Shown piece after piece: positions 53,701 through 64,000 of a stretch of 64,000 bases of DNA. The position numbers and the translations under genes are program-made. The stretch's first letter is position 1. Every line of letters begins with the position of its first letter. Origin of the DNA: Eledone cirrhosa (Eukaryota); the NCBI GenBank assembly GCA_964016885.1, contig OZ024744.1, positions 76,384,001 to 76,448,000 of the forward strand, read 5' to 3'. The notes under the pieces were generated by a model. It did not search any database and was not told the origin of the DNA. It saw only the letters and a list, made by a program, of their open reading frames with translations.

Positions 53701-56204
53701 CCGCCCACATGAACCATGGACAATGTTTGTCTTCACTATGTCATAGAAGTCTTTGTCTATAGACGGATCGTGAAACTCTATGGAGATGATGCTGTCAATG
53801 TCATTTGAAGATATTTTTGTTAACAGCCAAATGAGGATGTGGGCGTGCGGTAGGCCCCTCTTCTGCCACTCTACGGTGTACATGTCGCACTTTACTGGGT
53901 CAAAGACTTGGCCTCTATTGATGAGCTCCATGAGATTGATAAGCTTCAGCCGAAAGACTGGGGCCAGGAGGTCATGCCTGTCTTTGGCCTGTTGCTCTTG
54001 GAATAGTTCTGCCCCGATCTCCTTCCACTTAGGGTTGCAAGTGAATGTGATGAACAGATCGGGCCTGCTGTAATGCCGTACGTAGGTCATAGCATCCTGC
54101 GTTCTCTCGTGCATGTAGCGCGGACTTCCGGTGAAGGTGGAGGGGGAGAATGCAGACTTTTCCTACGCTGCTGGGAGCTGCGTCGTTGTTGATGGCATCT
54201 CGGAGATGGATGTAGCTCGGACCGCAGTTGCCTTTAGTGTGACCGTATGAAAGACAGTCTCTCCGATTTCATGTTTGCGCACATATCAACGGCAAATTGC
54301 TGAAGTAGGTCTCTTGACTGGTGCAAGTGATTGAAGGAATCGTGGCGAACCATGAAGCGGTAGGAGTAGAAATCCATGCATGAAACTGGTTTTTTGACGG
54401 AGTGTTGAGGGTTTACTGGATTATGCTGGTGAATTCCCTACTGATAGCCGTCCTCACCATTTACAAAGAGAAGTGGATACTGGAGCGCATCGTAAGACCT
54501 ATGTGTTTCGCTGATTCTCTGAAGAGTGCTATCTCGACGCTTGAGGACAATGTCTCGTGGATTATGCTGACCCCCATGCATAAGTACAGCGATTTCATTG
54601 CATGCAGGATAATTATACCGACCCGGATGCTCTCCAGATGGAATTTTCGAGGCATCAATTACCACATTAAAATTGGCTGTGGTAATTACCACATTAAAAT
54701 TGGCTGCTTCCAAGGCATACTTGAAGCTAATGACATAGCTGTTTTTTGTGTGCAGAATGTGTTGTAATTTCCTTATGAGCTCGACATTGGTACCGGGTGA
54801 AATGAAGTTCCTCATGGCTGCTTTCTCGTTGACATTCCCAACAAAGTACAGCTGAAGAAATTGAGGTTCTTGATTGGCGGCAGATTGGAGGGATCCGACT
54901 CTATGGTACACCTGACCTTGAACCGTAAATGAGGGCATAAATCCGCCTTCCTTGACAATGTTCGCCCCGAAAGATGTCATTGGAAAGCACAGTTATACAT
55001 CCGGATATAAGTCAGGAAATGCCGTGACTCCGCAGTACTGCCTGAATATAGGAGCTTCAACGGTTGTGGTGGATCCTCCAGGGGACGTAATTTTATTTTC
55101 CATTTGCGCAACACAAGCCAGGTGTTTCTCCGGGCCACATTTTTGCATTGCAGAAAGAGCACGTCTTTGACATACTCCCAATTCGCATGTCTGGATGGCC
55201 ACTGTAATCAATGTCTCGTTCTTGCGAGGTCTGTGTAGCTTGCACAGCAGCAGTATTCGCAGAATCCGTATTCCGACGTCTTTTACGCTGGTCGTACGTC
55301 TCGGCAGCTCGCGCAGCAGCAGTATTCACAGCATCCGTACTCCGCCGTCTTTTACGCTGGTCGTACGTCCCGGCAGCTCGCGCAGCAGCAGTATTCACAG
55401 CATCCGTACTCCGGCGTCTTTTACGCTGGTCGTCCGTCTCGGCTGCTCGTGCACCATAAGTTGATGCGGCATTATCGGTTCGGCGAATGGTTCGTTGATT
55501 GTCTGTTTCAAGTGCTCTTCTGGTGGCAGTACCTTTAGCATCTTGCGACCGTCGAATAGCAGATTCCACTGATGATTCGTTTGCCCGCCCTGTTCGTGTT
55601 GTTGCTGCTTTCGCAGTTTTTCGGCCAATGGAGTATCTCTTCCTTCGAGGCATGACCTAAAAGCAGGCCGAAGTACACTGAAACTCACTGGTAGAGTAAG
55701 GAGTAAACTCGTCAGTGAATTAAAAACCGATGCATGTGATTTCCGAACGGGGTATGGATAGGGAAAGGGGTAACAGTAAGAGCAGCGGTTGGGATGAGTG
55801 TAAGTTAGTGAATATGTTGTCAGTGACAAAAATGGCGTAAATGAAACGCCACACGCAAGTACACACACACACTGCAGCACGCAAACTCACACACACACAT
55901 GTTAATAGATTTAACTCATAATTGAACCCTGCGCGCACGCACACACACACGCGCACATGCACACATACGCGCGCGCACGCACGCACGCACGCACGCACGC
56001 ACACACACGTGTTAATTACTTATAGCTTTCCTTCCCCTCTTCCAACGTCTCTCTCTCTCTCTCCCGCTACCCCCCTCTTTTAGTATGTCTGTTTTTTTCA
56101 TTCTCACTCTTTCTCTTTATAACTCACTCACATTAACACTAAAGGGTTAAGGTATTGTTCTCAAAATAAATAATATTAAATCTATGAGAAAAAGACGGCG
56201 TCTG

Positions 56205-56247
<43 letters not shown>

Positions 56248-56563
56248 GTAACTCGTTCACATTTCTCCCCTCTATCGAAAAACGCCATGACAAATGGGGA
56301 GAAGGAGGAGGAGTAGAGAGCCACTTCTTCACTTCGCCTTTCCGTTTCTGTCTCTCCCCTCTCACTCCCTCATTATGTACAGACATTGGCCACTTCACTA
56401 ATTCGATCCCTAAGTCAGAATAATTTGAATTTTTGTTTTGCTCAAAACACTTCCAGGGCCATACGGGTTACATGTGTAAAGTTTGAAAACAAACGGTTGG
56501 GTACTTCTCGAGTTTTAGGGAAACAGCCACACGGACAGACATCCTCTGTTTTATATACATAGA
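50704..56563 (-). mobile_element. Near full-length decayed Helitron (RepHel)
   Basis: 5' A|TC at 56563; 3' hairpin CCGG-N7-CCGG then CTAG|T at 50704; fragments MPRRKR.., CSFC..MWPGETPGLCC, YDALQYPLLF, PDLFITFTCNP, VEWQKRGLPHAHIL, IKYICKYVNKG, APAETGKTF, IVWDEC, INKSQGQTL. Confidence 0.95.
55245..55445 (-). repeat. 60-bp coding tandem repeat (about 3 copies) in the Helitron N-terminus
   Basis: Encodes DQRKRRRSTDAVNTAAARAA repeats. Confidence 0.85.
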
Positions 56564-56879
56564 TAATATATATAATACGACATTCCTCTCTCTTTCTTCC
56601 TCTGTCTTTTTAGATACATAGCTATAACGTTGCGCCCTTATAATATCTGTATGTATGTCTGCCTGTCTGCATTGACTTCGCTTCTAACCAACTTTTAATT
56701 CATTATATATATATAATTATATTGGAATAAATGCTCTGAAGTAGCGATATATATGTGAATATAGACATAGAATATTCGAAAATATTCTGTATGTTTATAA
56801 TAAACATTTTGAAGACCTAATCGCTATAGAATAGAATACGTCACGTATTACAATTAGATTCTCGATAAAAGCAAGGGAA

Positions 56880-56922
56880 GTAATCTACGCGTTTCATTCT
56901 TGTTAGAAATCATCAGGACTAC
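56880..56922 (-). ncRNA. Type I hammerhead ribozyme (repeated every 310 bp; 6 minus-strand copies)
   Basis: GTAGTC-CTGATGA-t-TTCT-aaca-AGAA-t-GAAA-C-GC-G-TA-GATTAC; palindromic ACGCGT stem III; 16-bp inverted repeat extends stem I. Confidence 0.85.
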
Positions 56923-58802
56923 ATATCCAGTGCTTTTATCGAGAATGACACAGCTAGAGACTTATAGAATACTTAGCTGTGTACAGGAACTGGTTTGAAA
57001 GAGCGGTTGCCGGTCCGGCAGAAATTAGAAATTGGAATAAATGCTCTGAAGTAGCGATATATATGTGAATATAGACATAGAATATTCGAAAATATTCTGT
57101 ATGTTTATAATAAACATTTTGAAGACCTAATCGCTATAGAATAGAATACGTCACGTATTACAATTAGATTCTCGATAAAAGCAAGGGAAGTAATCTACGC
57201 GTTTCATTCTTGTTAGAAATCATCAGGACTACATATCCAGTGCTTTTATCGAGAATGACACAGCTAGAGACTTATAGAATACTTAGCTGTGTACAGGAAC
57301 TGGTTTGAAAGAGCGGTTGCCGGTCCGGCAGAAATTAGAAATTGGAATAAATGCTCTGAAGTAGCGATATATATGTGAATATAGACATAGAATATTCGAA
57401 AATATTCTGTATGTTTATAATAAACATTTTGAAGACCTAATCGCTATAGAATAGAATACGTCACGTATTACAATTAGATTCTCGATAAAAGCAAGGGAAG
57501 TAATCTACGCGTTTCATTCTTGTTAGAAATCATCAGGACTACATATCCAGTGCTTTTATCGAGAATGACACAGCTAGAGACTTATAGAATACTTAGCTGT
57601 GTACAGGAACTGGTTTGAAAGAGCGGTTGCCGGTCCGGCAGAAATTAGAAATTGGAATAAATGCTCTGAAGTAGCGATATATATGTGAATATAGACATAG
57701 AATATTCGAAAATATTCTGTATGTTTATAATAAACATTTTGAAGACCTAATCGCTATAGAATAGAATACGTCACGTATTACAATTAGATTCTCGATAAAA
57801 GCAAGGGAAGTAATCTACGCGTTTCATTCTTGTTAGAAATCATCAGGACTACATATCCAGTGCTTTTATCGAGAATGACACAGCTAGAGACTTATAGAAT
57901 ACTTAGCTGTGTACAGGAACTGGTTTGAAAGAGCGGTTGCCGGTCCGGCAGAAATTAGAAATTGGAATAAATGCTCTGAAGTAGCGATATATATGTGAAT
58001 ATAGACATAGAATATTCGAAAATATTCTGTATGTTTATAATAAACATTTTGAAGACCTAATCGCTATAGAATAGAATACGTCACGTATTACAATTAGATT
58101 CTCGATAAAAGCAAGGGAAGTAATCTACGCGTTTCATTCTTGTTAGAAATCATCAGGACTACATATCCAGTGCTTTTATCGAGAATGACACAGCTAGAGA
58201 CTTATAGAATACTTAGCTGTGTACAGGAACTGGTTTGAAAGAGCGGTTGCCGGTCCGGCAGAAATTAGAAATTGGAATAAATGCTCTGAAGTAGCGATAT
58301 ATATGTGAATATAGACATAGAATATTCGAAAATATTCTGTATGTTTATAATAAACATTTTGAAGACCTAATCGCTATAGAATAGAATACGTCACGTATTA
58401 CAATTAGATTCTCGATAAAAGCAAGGGAAGTAATCTACGCGTTTCATTCTTGTTAGAAATCATCAGGACTACATATCCAGTGCTTTTATCGAGAATGACA
58501 CAGCTAGAGACTTATAGAATACTTAGCTGTGTACAGGAACTGGTTTGAAAGAGCGGTTGCCGGTCCGGCAGAAATTAGAAATTGGAATTAGCGATTAGGT
58601 CTTCAAAATGTTTATTATAAACATACAGAATATTTTCGAATATTCTATGTCTATATTCACATATATATCGCTACTTCAGAGCATTTATTCCAATTTCTAA
58701 TTTCTGCCGGACCGGCAACCGCTCTTTCAAACCAGTTCCTGTACACAGCTAAGTATTCTATAAGTCTCTAGCTGTGTCATTCTCGATAAAAGCACTGGAT
58801 AT

Positions 58803-58845
58803 GTAGTCCTGATGATTTCTAACAAGAATGAAACGCGTAGATTAC
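58803..58845 (+). ncRNA. Type I hammerhead ribozyme (also at 59113-59155 and 59423-59465)
   Basis: Same motif read directly on the + strand; predicted cleavage after GTA at 58839. Confidence 0.85.
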
Positions 58846-59605
58846 TTCCCTTGCTTTTATCGAGAATCTAATTGTAATACGTGACGTATTCTATTCTATA
58901 GCGATTAGGTCTTCAAAATGTTTATTATAAACATACAGAATATTTTCGAATATTCTATGTCTATATTCACATATATATCGCTACTTCAGAGCATTTATTC
59001 CAATTTCTAATTTCTGCCGGACCGGCAACCGCTCTTTCAAACCAGTTCCTGTACACAGCTAAGTATTCTATAAGTCTCTAGCTGTGTCATTCTCGATAAA
59101 AGCACTGGATATGTAGTCCTGATGATTTCTAACAAGAATGAAACGCGTAGATTACTTCCCTTGCTTTTATCGAGAATCTAATTGTAATACGTGACGTATT
59201 CTATTCTATAGCGATTAGGTCTTCAAAATGTTTATTATAAACATACAGAATATTTTCGAATATTCTATGTCTATATTCACATATATATCGCTACTTCAGA
59301 GCATTTATTCCAATTTCTAATTTCTGCCGGACCGGCAACCGCTCTTTCAAACCAGTTCCTGTACACAGCTAAGTATTCTATAAGTCTCTAGCTGTGTCAT
59401 TCTCGATAAAAGCACTGGATATGTAGTCCTGATGATTTCTAACAAGAATGAAACGCGTAGATTACTTCCCTTGCTTTTATCGAGAATCTAATTGTAATAC
59501 GTGACGTATTCTATTCTATAGCGATTAGGTCTTCAAAATGTTTATTATAAACATACAGAATATTTTCGAATATTCTATGTCTATATTCATATAATTATAT
59601 ATTCG

Positions 59606-59785
59606 TGTACATATTTTGAACAGTAATACTATATATTTTCAACAGTAATACTATACTATACTATATATTTTTAACAGTAATACTATACTATACTGTATAT
59701 TTTCAACAGTAATACTATACTATACTATATATTTTCAACAATAATACTATACTATAATATATATTTTCAACAGTAATACTATAGT
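59606..59785. repeat. ~31-bp minisatellite (ttttcaacagtaatactatactatactatata)
   Basis: About 6 imperfect copies. Confidence 0.85.
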
Positions 59786-59833
59786 GCTCAGATGGGTTAT
59801 CGTCTGTTTATCCAAGCGAAGCTAGGTATGTCG

Positions 59834-59875
<42 letters not shown>

Positions 59876-59888
59876 AGAACACGCTAAG

Positions 59889-59937
<49 letters not shown>

Positions 59938-60009
59938 GAAAAAGTTAGTCCTTCATCAGTGATCTTCCAACCATCATTGGTATTTCAAGCAACCACGCAA
60001 CACGTTTAT

Positions 60010-60146
<137 letters not shown>

Positions 60147-60530
60147 AGGTATAGTATGAAATTAAACGGATACAACAGCAAATAAGGTGAATATAAAACA
60201 TAGAAAACATATACAAGAAATACAAGACGCACGGATGATAACAGTTACTTATGACAATCATAGGAGGAGTTCGTTAACAAACAACCAGACATGAACTACA
60301 ACTTAATATATATATAAGATATATTAACACATTTTGATCTGCTTATCTTCAAGAACTATGCCTGTAAACAACATTATTTTTTCTTTCACATTGCCTTATT
60401 ATGCTCCACATTACGCTCCTTTTTTTTTTTTTCACTTTTCACTTCATAAACCTTGTTTGTAAATAACATTATTCTTTCTGCACCATTTCCTTAACATGTC
60501 CAACACCACCATTCTACACCAATACATATT

Positions 60531-60578
60531 ATTATCATTTGATAATGCATAAAAATGTTGAAACCGGTAATAGACAAT
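60531..60578 (+). ncRNA. Minimal HHR, U3-A8 core variant
   Basis: TTGATAA-t-GCAT-aaaa-ATGT-t-GAAA-C-CG-G-TA with imperfect stem I. Confidence 0.55.
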
Positions 60579-60763
60579 TATTAAATATATAAATAAATAA
60601 ATAAATGCCATTGTTAATTAATAAATAAATTAACTAATACCTTAACACTTCACACAAAGTAAAATATTTTGTTTTAATCATTTTCTAAGAAAAAAGAGAG
60701 AAAAAATAAAAAGGAAAAAAATATATTTTTCTTCCTAATAATCGTCTTTTTCTCCCTGTTTTC

Positions 60764-60867
<104 letters not shown>

Positions 60868-60944
60868 GTGCGTGCGTGTGTGTGCGTGTAAATGTAACCT
60901 TAACCCCCCTCCTGGGTCACGTACTGATCATTTTTATGTTTTCT

Positions 60945-60989
60945 ATGCCCTTGAGAAGCCCTTTTTGAGCGAAACGTACGTAGGTGCAT
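60945..60989 (+). ncRNA. Minimal HHR, U3-A8 core variant
   Basis: ATGCCC-TTGAGAA-gc..gc-GAAA-C-GTAC-G-TA-GGtGCAT. Confidence 0.6.
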
Positions 60990-61037
60990 TTTTATATAAA
61001 CATGTTTTAACGGTATATACTCCTTTGTATTTATTTC

Positions 61038-61082
<45 letters not shown>

Positions 61083-61114
61083 AGAAAAACCACAGACCCT
61101 CCATCTCAACTCTA

Positions 61115-61150
61115 CTTTTGAAAAGCAAAAGAACTGCGAAACCGGTAAAG
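61115..61150 (+). ncRNA. Minimal HHR, U3-A8 core variant
   Basis: CTT-TTGAAAA-GCA-aaagaac-TGC-GAAA-C-CG-G-TA-AAG. Confidence 0.5.
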
Positions 61151-61279
61151 GAACCAAATAAATATATATATTTTTTTTAAAATAAGACTCCAATTGCATT
61201 TTCCATTTCATCTTTTTTTCTTTATACTTTCACTCGTGTAGGACACCTCGGTTATTTTTCATTTTGTAAAGAAAACCTC

Positions 61280-61347
<68 letters not shown>

Positions 61348-61351
<4 letters not shown>

Positions 61352-62298
61352 GTTTACATATATATATATATAAAGTCATAGATATATATGTGTTTTGCAA
61401 CGGGTCACTTTGTGGCTCAATGAAGAATTAATAAATTAAATAATCAGAGCTATATATCATAAAACATGTCTATAGAATCACTACATAAAATATATACCGT
61501 TTCTTCTCCCAATTAGCATAATTAACCATATAAAAAGTCAATTAGACCAAGCTATAAGAATAAAGGCTCCTATGAAGAAATCTCCGACAAATAACCGAAA
61601 GCAGCCCTTTCGCGGCGGTTACGACGGAGTATTTATCGAACATGTCGACACCATGTATAAATCGACCACATATACAATCAACTAAACAGAATTAGGTGTA
61701 AAATAAACTAGAAGAAATGTTTACATATTTAATTACCTCTACCATGGTTTCGTCCGTATTTTAAGACATCCGATAACAGGGGATATCTAGAGCTTCGGAT
61801 TCATCAGGAAGTTAGCTCAAATTTAAACAATTAATTTTCCAAAGTGATCGCGCCAAGGATACATTAAAAAGTGGCTAAGAATCGTGACGTGGCAGCGGTC
61901 ACGTTAGAAAGGATGTGATTAGTTGCTTACGGCTGGTAAGCTTATTGCTAGAAAGCGCAGCCCAATACAGCCAAATTGCATCTCAACCTAACGGGAGATT
62001 ATTACATATAAAGGTTTACATATATATATGTATAAAGTCATAGATATATATGTGTTTTGCAACGGGTCACTTTGTGGCTCAATGAAGAATTAAAAAATTA
62101 AATAATCAGAGCTATAATATCATAAAACATGTCTATAGAATCACTAGATAAAATATATACCGTTTCCTCTCCCAATTAGCATAATTAACCATATAAAAAA
62201 TCAATTAGACCAAGCTATAAGAATAAAGGCTCCTATGAAGAAATCTCCGACAAATAACCGAAAGCAGCCCCTTCGCGGCGGTTACGACCGAGTATTTA
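61348..62298 (-). repeat. 662-bp tandem unit (about 1.45 copies) carrying a type I HHR at 61735-61812
   Basis: ggtttacata at 61351 and 62013; minus strand ACTTC-CTGATGA-atccg...cggac-GAAA-C-CATG-G-TA-GAGGT. Confidence 0.8.
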
Positions 62299-63900
62299 AT
62301 TTTCAGATTGGTGGTGTTTGGGGAGGGAGGAAATCCTTTTAGTGGGACACGGTTAAGGGGCTTTTGACAAGGGGGTCCACATCATGTGGGAAGTTCTCTT
62401 TTAAAGTTTCATACTGTAGGTTTGTTACCCTGATAAGTTTGAGGTTTGGGGTGGGTCGTTGGTTGGTGGGAAGGTTTTCCCTTCCGTTTGTATTGTGGGG
62501 TCCTTTCGGACAGTTTCCACCAGTTCTTTGTTTCTTGTTTTTATGTATGTGTAATGTATTTTGTTTTTTATGTGTACTGCTTCTGTTTATAGTTTTCTTT
62601 TTGTGGTTGGGCTTTGTGATTGTGGTGGTGTGGGTCTTTGTTTTGTTGTTGGTGAAGTGTTTAGGTGTGTTGGTGGTAATTGTGTTGTTGGTGTTTTTGT
62701 CGTTTGTGGCGGTGTGTTGGGTGTGTTGGGCGGTGGGGTTGGGTGTGTGCGTGTTTTCTGTAGATGTGTTTGTGTCTTTTTATTTATTTTTATTTTTGGC
62801 GTTCCTCTTCATTCTCACTTGGAGATGTAGAGGTTCCCGTGTCTGAGACTTCTGAAGCAGGGGTAGATGGGAGGGGTATGTTGTGTGGTGGAGTGTTTGT
62901 GCAGGTGTTTGTGGAAGTATTTGACAGGGAAGGAGGCGGCAATGGAGGGTTTTTCAGTGGGATTTTGTGTGTGGTTGTCTCTGGTCTGTGGTGGTGTGGG
63001 AGTGGATGTTGCAGGTTTTTGTGTTGTGTTTGGTTTGGGGTGTTGATGTTGGGGTTTTTGGTGTTGGTAATAACACCTTGTTTGTCCTTGGTTTGTTTAA
63101 GAGAGGGCAAAAGGCCTTTAAGTGTGTGGTTTTCTCACACTTATGGCACTGAGGTCTTTTCCCCTCCACTAAAATGGAGATGACATCTTCCTCAAGGACG
63201 ATCCTGTCCGGTATTTTCTCTACTCTCTCTGGCCTCGTTTGTACCAGAACCTCGATGCAGGTTCCAAACCAGTTATTCCGGTCTGTCCTGTCTACAGATA
63301 GGAGGGTGTCCTCATCCTTATTCAGGATGCAGCGTAGGATCCACCATATGTTGACCTCTGCTGGGATCCTGGTTATTTTTATTTTGTAGGATCTTCTTCC
63401 CATGTATGTGGGGAAGAAGATGTGTTGATTCGTTTTTATTAGGTGAACCGAGTGTTTTTGTGCCAGAGTTTCGCTCTTAAAGAGCTCTGACACACTTCCA
63501 TACTGTTTAGCTCTTTGGAGGTATGCCACGTCTGGCTTGATATCTTTTAGTGCAGCTTCGATAGTGCTTGTTGGGAACGTTATGGGTTTTTTGGTAGTGA
63601 TGTCAACTGTTCTATAAATTGGTTTCTTTTTTTGTGTCATTTCTCTTACTTGTGGGGGTATGTGTATGTGTGGGGTGTCTCCCTCAAACGTCACATAGTT
63701 GGAAGCTTCTTCCAGATATTGGGACTTTTGGAAAATGTCCATGGAGTAATATTTAAAATCCTGTTACTTAGCAACGGTTGCTGCAAATGAAATTTTGTTA
63801 TTGTTGTTCTTGTTGGTAGTGATGATGGTCTCATTCGCTGATGCAGCTGATTCCTTTTGTTGTGTTGTTGTTGTTCTCATTTATTGTGTTGTTGTTGTTG
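62299..63900 (-). mobile_element. Tx1-clade LINE ORF1 (gag-like), truncated before ORF2
   Basis: ORF 62954-63742 with CHKCEKTTHLKAFC knuckle, preceded by VEGKRP; colinear with the ORF1 at 26001-26974. Confidence 0.8.
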
Positions 63901-64000
63901 GTTGTGGTGGTCTTAGTGTTTGCTACACATACTTCCTTTTGTGTGTGGATACATGTGATGTTTGTGACGACAGGCGTGTTCAGTTGCTTACAAGCAGCTG

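Larger units (their letters stand above)
56721..59589. mobile_element. Retrozyme-like tandem array: 310-bp units each with a type I HHR; 6 units, inversion, 3.2 units
   Basis: Unit starts 56721, 57031, 57341, 57651, 57961, 58271; switch at 58588/58589; reverse period 310; flanked by ATATAATTATAT duplication. Confidence 0.9.

Noticed and set aside
56721-59589. CRISPR-like array or ordinary satellite
   Set aside because: There are no unique spacers and the context is eukaryotic; the ribozyme, TSD and inversion fit retroposition better

Overview
Gene-free, repeat-saturated animal genomic DNA, most likely a cephalopod (Octopus-like tRNA-derived SINE families and dense (TA)n/(CA)n/(CT)n microsatellites; organism is my inference). 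I see no intact host gene; nearly all ORFs in the track are microsatellite artefacts. The window contains an 11.3-kb (GTGTR)n satellite with higher-order structure, two decayed RepHel Helitrons plus non-autonomous relatives, several Tx1-clade LINE copies, RTE and R4/Dong-like LINE fragments, Penelope-like element (PLE) GIY-YIG fragments, and many SINEs and MITEs. The main signal is invisible in the ORF track: many type I hammerhead ribozyme (HHR) motifs. The clearest case is an array of apparently identical 310-bp units (56721-59589), each carrying an HHR. The array flips orientation once and is flanked by a ~12-bp target-site duplication whose empty site is visible elsewhere in the window. 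This suggests a retrozyme-like circular RNA inserted in one event by rolling-circle, twin-primed reverse transcription. Two other unrelated tandem families (~565 bp and 662 bp) share parts of this architecture, and four HHRs carry the compensatory U3-A8 core variant. All coordinates and base pairings were read by eye.
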